From the NCBI GenBank assembly GCA_016432405.1, contig CP066687.1, positions 150,281 to 214,280 of the forward strand: a stretch of 64,000 nucleotides of DNA. The letters are read 5' to 3'. The notes under the pieces were generated by a model. That model did no database searches. It was not told the DNA's origin and worked only from the letters and a program-made list of their open reading frames with translations. Position numbers and translations under genes: made by a program. Source of the DNA: Candidatus Giovannonibacteria bacterium. Its GTDB lineage: Bacteria > Patescibacteriota > Minisyncoccia > UBA11713 > 2-01-FULL-45-33. Shown here piece after piece: positions 55,719 to 64,000 of the stretch (position 1 is its first letter; each line of letters begins with the position of its first letter).

Positions 55719-56545
55719 ATAAAATACCATGCTCCGTCGGAATACTGACCCTGAACTCCGGAGCCACATTGCGCCGCTGTTTGGATTCGCTCAAGGACTT
55801 CGCGGAAATTGTAATTTGCGACGGCAACAGCACGGATAATACTTTGGAAATCGCCAGCGAGTACGAGGCAAAAATAGTAAAGCAATACGATTCGGACGAG
55901 CCCAATTTGCGCTGCGTCAAAGACAAGGCGAATGTTCGGCAAAAAAACATGGACGCGGCTTCCTACGATTGGTATTTTTTTATGGATTCAGACGATGCTT
56001 TATCCACGGAAGTTATTGAAGAAATTAGAAAAATATCCACGAATCTGCGTCCGGAGTTTTTAGTTTACCGCATGCCCACAAGGATTTTTATAGACGGCAA
56101 AAAAATAAAACGCGAAGCGAGTTACCCTTCGTATCAAACAAGATTGATAAACCGCAAAATCAATCCGTATTTTAAGGGGAGGGTACACGAGCGCCTGAAG
56201 TTTGACCGCGCGAGATATAAAGTGGGCGAACTGCGAAGCTATTACGACTTTCACTGGTCGCGGGAACGCGCCGAAAATTACTGGCGATACTTGAAAATGT
56301 ACGCAAACTGGGAAGCGGAACTTTTAGAATACGGTCCGCTGGGACCGTTTCTTTACTGGTGCGTCTGGCGCCGGCTTCGCATCATCGCCGGGTATCTGTA
56401 TCGGATTCCTAGGATGTATCTGCTTTACGGATTTAAAAATTCCATGCCGGCGCGGATACAGTTTTTGACTTTGTGGTACCATTTTTATCTTTTATATTTA
56501 TTCATAAGAACAAGGATCGCCTATGTGCGCAATAAACGGCTTTAA
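55715..56545 (+). CDS. GT2-family glycosyltransferase
   Basis: …CSVGILTLNSGATLRRCLDSL…ICDGNSTDNT…FFMDSDD (DxD). Confidence 0.75.
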   Translation: MNKIPCSVGILTLNSGATLRRCLDSLKDFAEIVICDGNSTDNTLEIASEYEAKIVKQYDSDEPNLRCVKDKANVRQKNMDAASYDWYFFMDSDDALSTEVIEEIRKISTNLRPEFLVYRMPTRIFIDGKKIKREASYPSYQTRLINRKINPYFKGRVHERLKFDRARYKVGELRSYYDFHWSRERAENYWRYLKMYANWEAELLEYGPLGPFLYWCVWRRLRIIAGYLYRIPRMYLLYGFKNSMPARIQFLTLWYHFYLLYLFIRTRIAYVRNKRL

Positions 56546-58328
56546 TTTCAAAGACGAAGGGCTGATTTTGAAGATGAACCAGGCAACGCGCCACAGAGGG
56601 CCCGACGGCACCGGAATTTTTTTGGACGACAAAGTTTCTCTGGGGCATAACCGCTTAAGCATCATTGATTTAAGCGAAGAGGCCGCGCAGCCCATGACAA
56701 GCGCGGATGGAAGATTGGTGATTACTTTTAACGGGGAAATTTACAATTTTAAGGAATTAAAACGCGAACTTGCCGGCTCCTACGATTTTAAAACGTCAAG
56801 CGATACTGAGGTGATGTTGGCGGCTTACCGGAAATGGGGATATGGCGCGGTGAAGAAATTTAACGGGATTTTTGCATTTGCGATTTGGGACAAATTAAAG
56901 CAGGAACTTTTTTTGGCGCGGGACCACATCGGCATAAAGCCGCTTTATTATTTTTGGGCCCCCTCGACAATCTCGGGGCAGGGCGGCAAATTTGTTTTTT
57001 CTTCTGAAATCAAGGCCATTTTGGAGCACGCCGTCGCTGGAAAATTAAACCGCAAAGCATTTAATATCTATTTTAGGACTCTCTACGCGCCGGAACCGCT
57101 TACAATGTTTGAGGGGATTTATAAATTCCCTAAGGCGCATTACGGCGTGTTTAATGGCGGCCAACTAGCACTAACTAAATATTGGGAGATCTCTGGCGTA
57201 AACTATTTCGATGAGCCGTTTAAGGTCCTGGCGGAAGATTTACGCGAGGAAGTCTTCAAAAGCGTCCGCGCTCAATTGGTCTCCGACCGCCCTGTGGGAC
57301 TTTATCTTTCCGGCGGGATTGATTCCAGCGCCGTACTGGATGCGATGAGCGCGGCCCGCGGGAACATAGACACTTTTTCTATCGGGTTCACTCTGCCCGA
57401 TAAAAATGACGAAGAAAAATTCAACCAGGATTTTTATCTGGCAAAGCGCACCGCCGGGCACTACGGCGCGCGCCACCACGAAGTTTTGCTTGCGGAGGAG
57501 GAAATCCCGGATTTTTTGGAGAAAGCATTTTTTCAATTAGATGAGCCAATCGCCAATCCAACCGCGATTCCGATGATGAAGCTGGCTGAATTTACCAAAA
57601 ACAAAGGGGTGGATGTGGTTTTGGGTGGCGACGGCGGCGATGAGATTTTCGGCGGGTACGAAAGATACCGCTTGAGCCGAATTTTGAGTTTTTTGCCCAA
57701 GTTTCTTTTGCCGAAAGAAGCGGAGAGATTCGCCAGATTTATGTCCCAGAAAGACATGATTTTAGGCGAAGTTCTGCGTGACGAATTTTTTGAGAAAGAC
57801 GCCGCAGCGGATTTTTTCGCGGAAAATTATTTTTCCAAAAACCAATTCAAAACATTTGAGGAGCTTTTCATGTCTGTGGACAGGCAATCCTGGCTTGTGG
57901 ACGAATCGCTTCTGCGTACGGATAAGATGGCCATGTTTTCTGCGGTTGAGGCGAGAGTGCCTCTCTTGGACAAAAATCTTGTTGAATTCGCTGCGAAAAT
58001 CCCCAGAAAATATAAGCTAAACGCGTTTAGTACAAAAATTATCTTAAGAGAAGCGTTTCGCGGCCGGATTCCGGATTTTTTGCTTAACCAGCCCAAGCGC
58101 GGATGGTTCTCTCCGGCGGCTAAATGGTTGAGAAACCCGAAAATTCACGCCATAGCCCAAAACATTCTCTCCAAAAGTTACTGCGCCGAAACCGCGCCGA
58201 TATTTAATTGGGAAAATGTCAGTAAAATTCTAAAAGACCACGTTGAGGGCAGGAGATACAACCTCACGGTTTTGTGGGCGCTGATAAATTTTCAGGTTTG
58301 GGCGAAAATTTATAAAGTAAAATCATGA
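56523..58328 (+). CDS. asnB: Asparagine synthase (glutamine-hydrolysing)-family amidotransferase
   Basis: N-terminal MCAI(NG) Ntn Cys; SGGIDSS PP-loop; 601 aa. Confidence 0.88.
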   Translation: MCAINGFNFKDEGLILKMNQATRHRGPDGTGIFLDDKVSLGHNRLSIIDLSEEAAQPMTSADGRLVITFNGEIYNFKELKRELAGSYDFKTSSDTEVMLAAYRKWGYGAVKKFNGIFAFAIWDKLKQELFLARDHIGIKPLYYFWAPSTISGQGGKFVFSSEIKAILEHAVAGKLNRKAFNIYFRTLYAPEPLTMFEGIYKFPKAHYGVFNGGQLALTKYWEISGVNYFDEPFKVLAEDLREEVFKSVRAQLVSDRPVGLYLSGGIDSSAVLDAMSAARGNIDTFSIGFTLPDKNDEEKFNQDFYLAKRTAGHYGARHHEVLLAEEEIPDFLEKAFFQLDEPIANPTAIPMMKLAEFTKNKGVDVVLGGDGGDEIFGGYERYRLSRILSFLPKFLLPKEAERFARFMSQKDMILGEVLRDEFFEKDAAADFFAENYFSKNQFKTFEELFMSVDRQSWLVDESLLRTDKMAMFSAVEARVPLLDKNLVEFAAKIPRKYKLNAFSTKIILREAFRGRIPDFLLNQPKRGWFSPAAKWLRNPKIHAIAQNILSKSYCAETAPIFNWENVSKILKDHVEGRRYNLTVLWALINFQVWAKIYKVKS

Positions 58329-59422
58329 AAAAACTTATTTACATAGCAAATGCCCGCATTCCCACCGAAAAGGCGCACGGGATTCAGATTATGAAAGTGT
58401 GCGAGAGCATGAGTAAAAATATGGAAGTAAGGTTAATTGTGCCGCGCAGATTAAATCCCATCAAACAAGACCCATTTGATTATTATGGGGTGAAAAGAAA
58501 TTTTAAAATCATCAAATTGCCGACGCTGGATTTCATCACGCTGGGGTTGGGCCAATTCGGGTTTTTCACCGAGACGCTTATATTTTTAATTACCGCGAAG
58601 ATTTATTTATTTTTCAGAAAATATGATATTTTGTACACCCGCGAATGGCTGGCCGGATTGTTTTTTAAAGACATAGCGCTTGAAATTCACTCTTTGCCGG
58701 CGAAGCCGAGTTTTATTCATAAAAAGGCGTGGCAGAGAGCCAAAGCGCTTTTGGTTTTGACGAGTTTTATTAAAAATGAGCTTGTAAAATCGGGCGTGGA
58801 CGAAAATAAAATTCTTGTTTTGCCTGATGCCGTAGATTTAGCAAAATTTGACATAAAAATCTCCAAAAAAGACGCCAGAAAAAAATTAAACTTGCCGCAA
58901 GATAAAAAAATTCTTTTATACACTGGCAGTTTCTATCTTTATTATTGGAAAGGAGTGGATATTTTATTGGAAGCGGCCAAGAATTTCGGAGAAGATTTTT
59001 TGTTTTTACTTGTCGGCGGGTCGGAGGAAGAAATCTCAAATCTTAAAAATATTAAATTAATTGGCCACAAGCCCTATGCTGAAATTCCATATTATTTAAA
59101 ATCCGCCGATGTTTTGGTTTTGCCGAATAAGACAGGACATAAAATGTCGGAGCAGCATACTTCGCCGTTAAAAATGTTTGAATACATGGCTTCCGGACGG
59201 CCGATTGTTGCATCTGACTTGCCGTCTCTTCGTGAAATTTTGACGAAAAAAGAAGCGGCGTTTTTCAAACCCAATGACGCGGCCGATTTGGCGCGCGCGA
59301 TCAAAGATGTTTTATCAAATTCGCAGCTTGCTTCCGAAATCTCCCAAAACGCCTTCCAAAAAGTCCAAAATCACACCTGGCAAAACCGCGCCAAACGCGC
59401 CATTGACTTTTTAACTAGGTAG
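58325..59422 (+). CDS. GT4-family glycosyltransferase
   Basis: 365 aa; …PLKMFEYMASGRPIVASDLP…. Confidence 0.75.
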   Translation: MKKLIYIANARIPTEKAHGIQIMKVCESMSKNMEVRLIVPRRLNPIKQDPFDYYGVKRNFKIIKLPTLDFITLGLGQFGFFTETLIFLITAKIYLFFRKYDILYTREWLAGLFFKDIALEIHSLPAKPSFIHKKAWQRAKALLVLTSFIKNELVKSGVDENKILVLPDAVDLAKFDIKISKKDARKKLNLPQDKKILLYTGSFYLYYWKGVDILLEAAKNFGEDFLFLLVGGSEEEISNLKNIKLIGHKPYAEIPYYLKSADVLVLPNKTGHKMSEQHTSPLKMFEYMASGRPIVASDLPSLREILTKKEAAFFKPNDAADLARAIKDVLSNSQLASEISQNAFQKVQNHTWQNRAKRAIDFLTR

Positions 59423-59450
59423 GCGTATAATTAAGGCGGAGGTAATCTGT

Positions 59451-59891
59451 ATGTGGATGCTAAAAAGTTCTTTGATTTTGGCGTTTTTGGCTTCGCTATT
59501 TTTTGCCGGCACCGCTTTGTCGCTGAAGCTGGTTACAGGAACAGGGCCGCGTTCGGATACAATAATTTGGTTAGGCGCGGCTGTTTTCTCCATCGGTTGC
59601 GTTTGGAAGTTTGTTGAGGGCGGGGCATTTAGCTGGTCTTTGCCGTTCATTAATTATTCAATACTCTGTGGCGCATTTTGGACTCTGGGTATGATATGCG
59701 TACTCTTGGCGTTTGAATTGGGGTCTGTCACTTTAGTTACGCCAATGTATAACATCAACACACTTTGGGTTATGCTCGCCGGTTTGATTTTCTTTAAAGA
59801 GTATGAGAAGGTTTCGGTTCCCTATGCGCTGATCGGAGGGGTACTGATTATTTTGGGCGGAAGCATTCTTGGATTTGCGGAGAGGAGGTGA
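59451..59891 (+). CDS. Four-TM SMR/EamA-like small transporter (possible polyprenyl-phosphate sugar flippase subunit, ArnE/F-like)
   Basis: 146 aa, four hydrophobic helices; context in glycosylation locus. Confidence 0.45.
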   Translation: MWMLKSSLILAFLASLFFAGTALSLKLVTGTGPRSDTIIWLGAAVFSIGCVWKFVEGGAFSWSLPFINYSILCGAFWTLGMICVLLAFELGSVTLVTPMYNINTLWVMLAGLIFFKEYEKVSVPYALIGGVLIILGGSILGFAERR

Positions 59892-59896
59892 TTTGA

Positions 59897-60361
59897 TTGA
59901 AATACGATGTCGTTGTGCCGTTTGCTTTCGGGTTGCCGTCGGAGTTGGGGTCTAACGAAGAAATTCTTAAAAGAGCAGCTCTACTTGGCAAGGAGTCGGG
60001 TCTACCGGTTTTTGCCGAATGTGTATTTTCGACAAAGTATCCAGAAGTGCAGTTAGCTCAATCGGATGGCTGTTATTCCTCCACACTGAAATTGGTCAAA
60101 GCTTTAGCCGACAGAGCCAAGAAAAGGGGCTGGAGAAACGTTTTGGTGGTTGCTCAGCCGCACCATGCCAAGCGATGCATTAGGGATCTCGGAAGATTTG
60201 GTTTTAACGCCGAAGCAGATTGCCATTTTTGCGTTAATGGAATGTATCTGTATGACAAAAAATCCCTGCAGTGGCAAACGCGCTCGGCATGGCAATTTTG
60301 GCTGCGCGAGGCGCCGCTTCGTCTTTTGCCTTGGTGGCTCTATTCCCGAATAGCCGGTTGA
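59897..60361 (+). CDS. Hypothetical protein (154 aa)
   Basis: ORF only. Confidence 0.3.
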   Translation: MKYDVVVPFAFGLPSELGSNEEILKRAALLGKESGLPVFAECVFSTKYPEVQLAQSDGCYSSTLKLVKALADRAKKRGWRNVLVVAQPHHAKRCIRDLGRFGFNAEADCHFCVNGMYLYDKKSLQWQTRSAWQFWLREAPLRLLPWWLYSRIAG

Positions 60362-60397
60362 GTTTGCACACTCTCCGGCTTTTATTTTCTTTTAAAT

Positions 60398-60431
60398 TTA
60401 ACAAACTTGACCGATCGGATGAACTTGTTAA
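60398..60431. repeat. 34-nt inverted-repeat element, copy 3 (TTAACAAACTTGACCGATCGGATGAACTTGTTAA)
   Basis: Between convergent gene ends in glycosylation locus; 29/34 identical to copies at 25052 and 25650. Confidence 0.55.
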
Positions 60432-60442
60432 ATTTTTCTTTT

Positions 60443-61180
60443 TTATCTCTTTTTAAATTTCAGCGCAAATACGACGCGCAAGGAATCAAAGATGTCGCGG
60501 AGGGTGCTTTTTGAAGAGCCGCCGCGGCGCTCTAAAAATTGAATCGGAATTTCTTTTGTTTTGGCGCCCCGGCGCAGCATTTCGTAGAGAAACTGGATTT
60601 TGTAGGCGTAATATTTTGATAAAACTTTGTTTTCATCAAGCGGCAGCAACTCCGCGAAATTTTTTACGCGGGAAAGTTTAAGGCCGGAGGTCGTATCGTT
60701 TACCGGAAGCCCTAAAACAAACTTGGCGGTGAAACCGCCAAGTCGGCTTAAAAATTTTCTCCAAAGCGCCCACTCTTTTGGAATGGAGCCGCCTGGGACG
60801 TAACGCGAGCCGATGATATAGTCATATCCTTTATCAAATTCGGCAACCAGCCGTTTTATGTCTTCTGGATTATGCTGCCAGTCGCCGTCAAATTCTACCA
60901 CAGCGTCAGCACCCAATTTTTCTATCGCGTATTTCATTCCTGCGACATATGCCGCGCCGATGCCGCGCTTTTCTTTTTCTTTGATTAAAAAAATGTTCTG
61001 GTGGCGTCGGGAAGCTGCGGCGACGGCTTCGGCCGTGCCATCCGGTGAGTTCCCGTCCACAACCAAAACTTTCATCTCATGATTTTGAATTGCTTTGAAT
61101 ACTTTTCCGCAAAGCGCTTCCAGAATCCCGCCGACGGATTCTTTCTCATTGTAAGTTGGAATTATTACGACTATTTTCAT
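60443..61180 (-). CDS. Polyprenyl-phosphate sugar synthase (dolichyl-phosphate mannosyltransferase-like GT2)
   Basis: …IVVIIPTYNE…VVDGNSPDGT…; 245 aa; 4-nt overlap with upstream GT-C gene. Confidence 0.8.
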   Translation of the reverse strand: MKIVVIIPTYNEKESVGGILEALCGKVFKAIQNHEMKVLVVDGNSPDGTAEAVAAASRRHQNIFLIKEKEKRGIGAAYVAGMKYAIEKLGADAVVEFDGDWQHNPEDIKRLVAEFDKGYDYIIGSRYVPGGSIPKEWALWRKFLSRLGGFTAKFVLGLPVNDTTSGLKLSRVKNFAELLPLDENKVLSKYYAYKIQFLYEMLRRGAKTKEIPIQFLERRGGSSKSTLRDIFDSLRVVFALKFKKR

Positions 61181-62799
61181 CTGTTGATTTTATATATTTT
61201 TATCTCCGGCCCCAGCTCTTTTAATTTAAATAAATCCAGCGGGTTTGCCAAAAACTGGCTTTCCGCCAAAGACAATTTCGTCTGGCCGCCGCCGAAAGCG
61301 GCAAGCTCTTCGCCTTTTTCCAACATGCTTTGGAAATATTGGCCATTGCGATAGTTCGGCTGAATAATCACGTATTCGTAGTTGTTTTCTTTAGCATAGT
61401 TTTCCAAATTTTCGTAAAAATTTTGATTGTTTGCGTCAAATAAATTCAGGGCGTGAAAATTTTTCTCTCCAAGTTCGGCGTCAGCTAAATCAACTTTTCT
61501 TAAAGATGCAGGGTCAATAATTTTCTGTTCTCTTGCCGCTTCTTTATTCGTCGGGAGCCGCGTGAGTCGCGCGAGAGTTATGATTTTTGTCCCGGCCCGG
61601 AGGTTTTTCTCCGCCCAAGAACGCGCCAGAGCGCGCGAATCGTTTTTTAATGCCAGCCGTCCCAGCTGCAGAACAAAAATCAAAGGCAGCAAAAGTAAGA
61701 GCATAAATAATTTTGATAAAGCGGCGCTAGAGATTCTTTTTTGTATTTCATAGAAACCATACCCCGCGAGAATTATAAATAACGGCAGTATACCCATGAA
61801 AAATCTCGGTTCAAATCGGAAAATCAAATAAAAAATCACGCTGTAGGAGTAGATAAAAATAAAAAAAGTCCAAAAAACATTTCTGGCGCGCCATAAAGCA
61901 AAACCGAGCCCCAAAACGGCAAACAAAATAAGTATCGGCTCGCTGAAGGCTGCCGTTTTTGCAAAAAACACCGGACTGGCCAGCGCGCCCCAGAGCGTTT
62001 TTGCTGATTCGGTGGTGACATCCGCTCTGAATCCCAGGCTCCCCGGATAAAGCAGGTAAGGCAGCGCAGCCAATCCGGCAAAAAGCGCGTAGAGTTTATA
62101 GAAAAATTTGTCTTTGAGCAGATTCAACCAATGTTTTTTTTCGTAGAGAAGGCACCAAAAAGCAATCAGCAGAATTAAAACGGCGTTTATTATTGCAAAA
62201 CCGACTCCCAACCCGGCGCTGAAGACCGCCAGCAAGTATCTTGTTTTATTGGGAAGCGCGGGGCGGGAGAGCCAGAAAAGGACAAGCGCCGTGAAGAAAA
62301 AAACTGAAAGCCAGTGGCGGCTTACCATAGAAAGCGCGATATGAATCAGGCTGGTGGACACAAAAAAGGCGGCAAAAAGAGCGGCGCGAGAACTTTGAAA
62401 AATGCTTTCAGTAATTTTATAGATGAGAAAAACGGACGCCGCGCCCAGCATGAGGTTGATTGCGCGCGCAATGATAAAAAATTGAGAGAGGTCCGTAAGC
62501 AAATAAGACGCGAAGAGCGCGGCGGGACCGCTGTAAAATAGAAATTTTATCCCGACAAGCGCCGCGAAAAACGGCAAATATAAATAAGAAAAATACGGCG
62601 GGTAGTAAAGAACGGTTTTAAAGTCCGCCGGATGGAGAGCAGGAAGCAGGGTTTTTAATTCCAGCATCTTCAGAGACGCTAAAACAAACGGGGGCTCGTC
62701 GTCCACTAACCAAAGCGGTAGCCCGTAAGCGACGCCCGCTATTCTTGTTAAAAGCGCGAAAGTTAAAATTAAAAAAAGCGGTTTCGACAGAGCATTCAT
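61177..62799 (-). CDS. GT-C superfamily glycosyltransferase (ArnT/PMT_2-like, polyprenyl-phosphate-sugar dependent)
   Basis: 540 aa, ~12 TM helices, N-terminal loop with DDEPP-like acidic motif ([10 protein letters not shown]). Confidence 0.65.
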   Translation of the reverse strand: MNALSKPLFLILTFALLTRIAGVAYGLPLWLVDDEPPFVLASLKMLELKTLLPALHPADFKTVLYYPPYFSYLYLPFFAALVGIKFLFYSGPAALFASYLLTDLSQFFIIARAINLMLGAASVFLIYKITESIFQSSRAALFAAFFVSTSLIHIALSMVSRHWLSVFFFTALVLFWLSRPALPNKTRYLLAVFSAGLGVGFAIINAVLILLIAFWCLLYEKKHWLNLLKDKFFYKLYALFAGLAALPYLLYPGSLGFRADVTTESAKTLWGALASPVFFAKTAAFSEPILILFAVLGLGFALWRARNVFWTFFIFIYSYSVIFYLIFRFEPRFFMGILPLFIILAGYGFYEIQKRISSAALSKLFMLLLLLPLIFVLQLGRLALKNDSRALARSWAEKNLRAGTKIITLARLTRLPTNKEAAREQKIIDPASLRKVDLADAELGEKNFHALNLFDANNQNFYENLENYAKENNYEYVIIQPNYRNGQYFQSMLEKGEELAAFGGGQTKLSLAESQFLANPLDLFKLKELGPEIKIYKINR

Positions 62800-62838
62800 T
62801 GCGTTTACTATACCCGATTTTTTGGTTATAATCCAGAA

Positions 62839-63540
62839 ATGAAACTTTCCATTATCGTCCCCGTTTATAATGAAAAAAATACTATTTTAGAGGTTATCAA
62901 AAAAGCGGAGTCGGCGGATGTCGGCGCGCTGGTGAAAGAAGTTGTCGTCGTGGACGACGGCTCAACCGACGGCACGCGCGAAATTTTAAAAAATTTAGAG
63001 AAAAGCGGAAAATATAAAATTTTCTACCAAACAAAAAATCAGGGCAAGGGCGCGGCGCTGCGCCGCGGATTTTCGGGAGCAACAGGCGATTTTATTATTG
63101 TGCAAGACGCGGACTTGGAGTATGACCCGGCTGAATATAAAATTTTACTCCAGCCGCTTTTGGACAACAAGGCAGATGTTGTTTATGGCTCAAGGTTTAT
63201 GGGGGCTTCGGCGCATCGGGTTTTATTATTTTGGCATTATGTCGGCAATAAATTTCTCACTACGCTTTCAAATATTTTTACGGACCTTAATTTGACCGAT
63301 ATGGAGACGGGGTATAAGGCCTTTGGACGCACGGCGCTTTTGAAAATTTTGCCGAAACTCAAAAGCAGCCGGTTCGGCATTGAGCCGGAAATTACAGCCC
63401 GCGCGGCCAAGGCCGGCTTGCGCGTCTACGAAGTCGGCATTTCCTACAGCGGCCGGACTTATAATGATGGTAAAAAAATCAGCTGGCGGGATGGCATCGC
63501 CGCAATCTGGGCAATTATCAGATTTAATTTATTTGACTGA
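62839..63540 (+). CDS. Polyprenyl-phosphate sugar synthase-like GT2
   Basis: …[10 protein letters not shown]…[10 protein letters not shown]…DADLEYD…; 233 aa. Confidence 0.8.
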   Translation: MKLSIIVPVYNEKNTILEVIKKAESADVGALVKEVVVVDDGSTDGTREILKNLEKSGKYKIFYQTKNQGKGAALRRGFSGATGDFIIVQDADLEYDPAEYKILLQPLLDNKADVVYGSRFMGASAHRVLLFWHYVGNKFLTTLSNIFTDLNLTDMETGYKAFGRTALLKILPKLKSSRFGIEPEITARAAKAGLRVYEVGISYSGRTYNDGKKISWRDGIAAIWAIIRFNLFD

Positions 63541-63542
63541 TT

Positions 63543-64000
63543 TTGGGCTGGCTAAAAAATCATAAAACCGAGATTTGGATTTTTCTTCTGGCGTTTGGAA
63601 TAAGATTTGCCTACGCGGTTTTGGTGCAGTTCAAATTCGGGGCGCAGGGGTTTTTGGCCTACTCGGATGCCTTTTCTTTTTATCTTCCTCTGGCGAAGAA
63701 TTTGGTTGAAAATCATGTTTTCAGCATGGGTTCCGTCCAGCCATACGTGCCAGACGCCTATCGCACGCCTCTTTACCCGCTTTTTTTGGCCTCGTTGTTG
63801 TGGTTTAAGTTGCCGATTTTTGCGATTATTTTCGCGCAGAATATTTTGGCTGGATTTATGGCCGTTTTAATCTATAAAATAGGTCTAGAAATTTTTAATT
63901 CAAAAAATATTAGTTTATTCGCAGCTGTTTTAATTAGTGTTGAGCCAATGTCCGTTTACTGGGGTAATCTTTTGATGTCTGACTATTTGTTTGCCTTCTT
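63543..64000 (+). CDS. GT-C superfamily glycosyltransferase (ArnT/PMT_2-like), 5' part; truncated by window end
   Basis: Open frame from TTG 63543 to window end (…IRFAYAVLVQFKFGAQGFLAYSDAFSFYLPLAKNLVENHVF…PYVPDAYRTPLYPLFLAS…); absent from ORF track because no stop in window. Confidence 0.5.
   Translation, partial: MGWLKNHKTEIWIFLLAFGIRFAYAVLVQFKFGAQGFLAYSDAFSFYLPLAKNLVENHVFSMGSVQPYVPDAYRTPLYPLFLASLLWFKLPIFAIIFAQNILAGFMAVLIYKIGLEIFNSKNISLFAAVLISVEPMSVYWGNLLMSDYLFAF

Overview
This is a dense bacterial chromosomal segment of about 48-50% GC. Its features are typical of a streamlined Patescibacteria/CPR-like genome. Inference: possibly Parcubacteria-like, because rplK is not followed by rplA; IF-2 and Mfd are short forms; and PheRS looks monomeric. 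In order, the window contains: (1) a type IV pilus cluster (pilC, four pseudopilins, pilM/N/O); (2) 12 tRNA genes in four clusters; (3) an ECF sigma factor; (4) a CdaA-CdaR fusion; (5) infB-rbfA; (6) five tandem VirB2/T4SS-pilin-like two-TM paralogs, one with a C-terminal M15 peptidase-like domain; (7) the division genes ftsA/ftsZ; (8) housekeeping genes: ybeY, rpsU, hisS, lepB, pth, mfd, rpsA, ligA, gatCA, uppS, pheS, gyrB, secE-nusG-rplK, thyA/folA and secD; (9) two toxin-antitoxin-like modules; (10) a small tRNA-proximal island carrying XRE-ImmA-HicA-HicB-like genes; (11) a roughly 14-kb cell-surface glycosylation locus with LTD/PKD surface protein, multiple GT4/GT2 glycosyltransferases, AsnB, two polyprenyl-phosphate sugar synthases and two GT-C transferases. 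The most unusual signals are a GC-rich reverse-strand small-gene/ncRNA locus between two tRNAs, a 34-nt inverted-repeat element present three times (two copies flanking a PaaX-like regulator), a REP/MITE-like palindrome with two copies, a 34-nt perfect palindrome inside a glycosyltransferase CDS, and a codon-usage outlier gene behind a consensus promoter. No rRNA or CRISPR array was found. All calls are by eye from the sequence and ORF track; coordinates of small RNAs and motifs may be off by a few nt.
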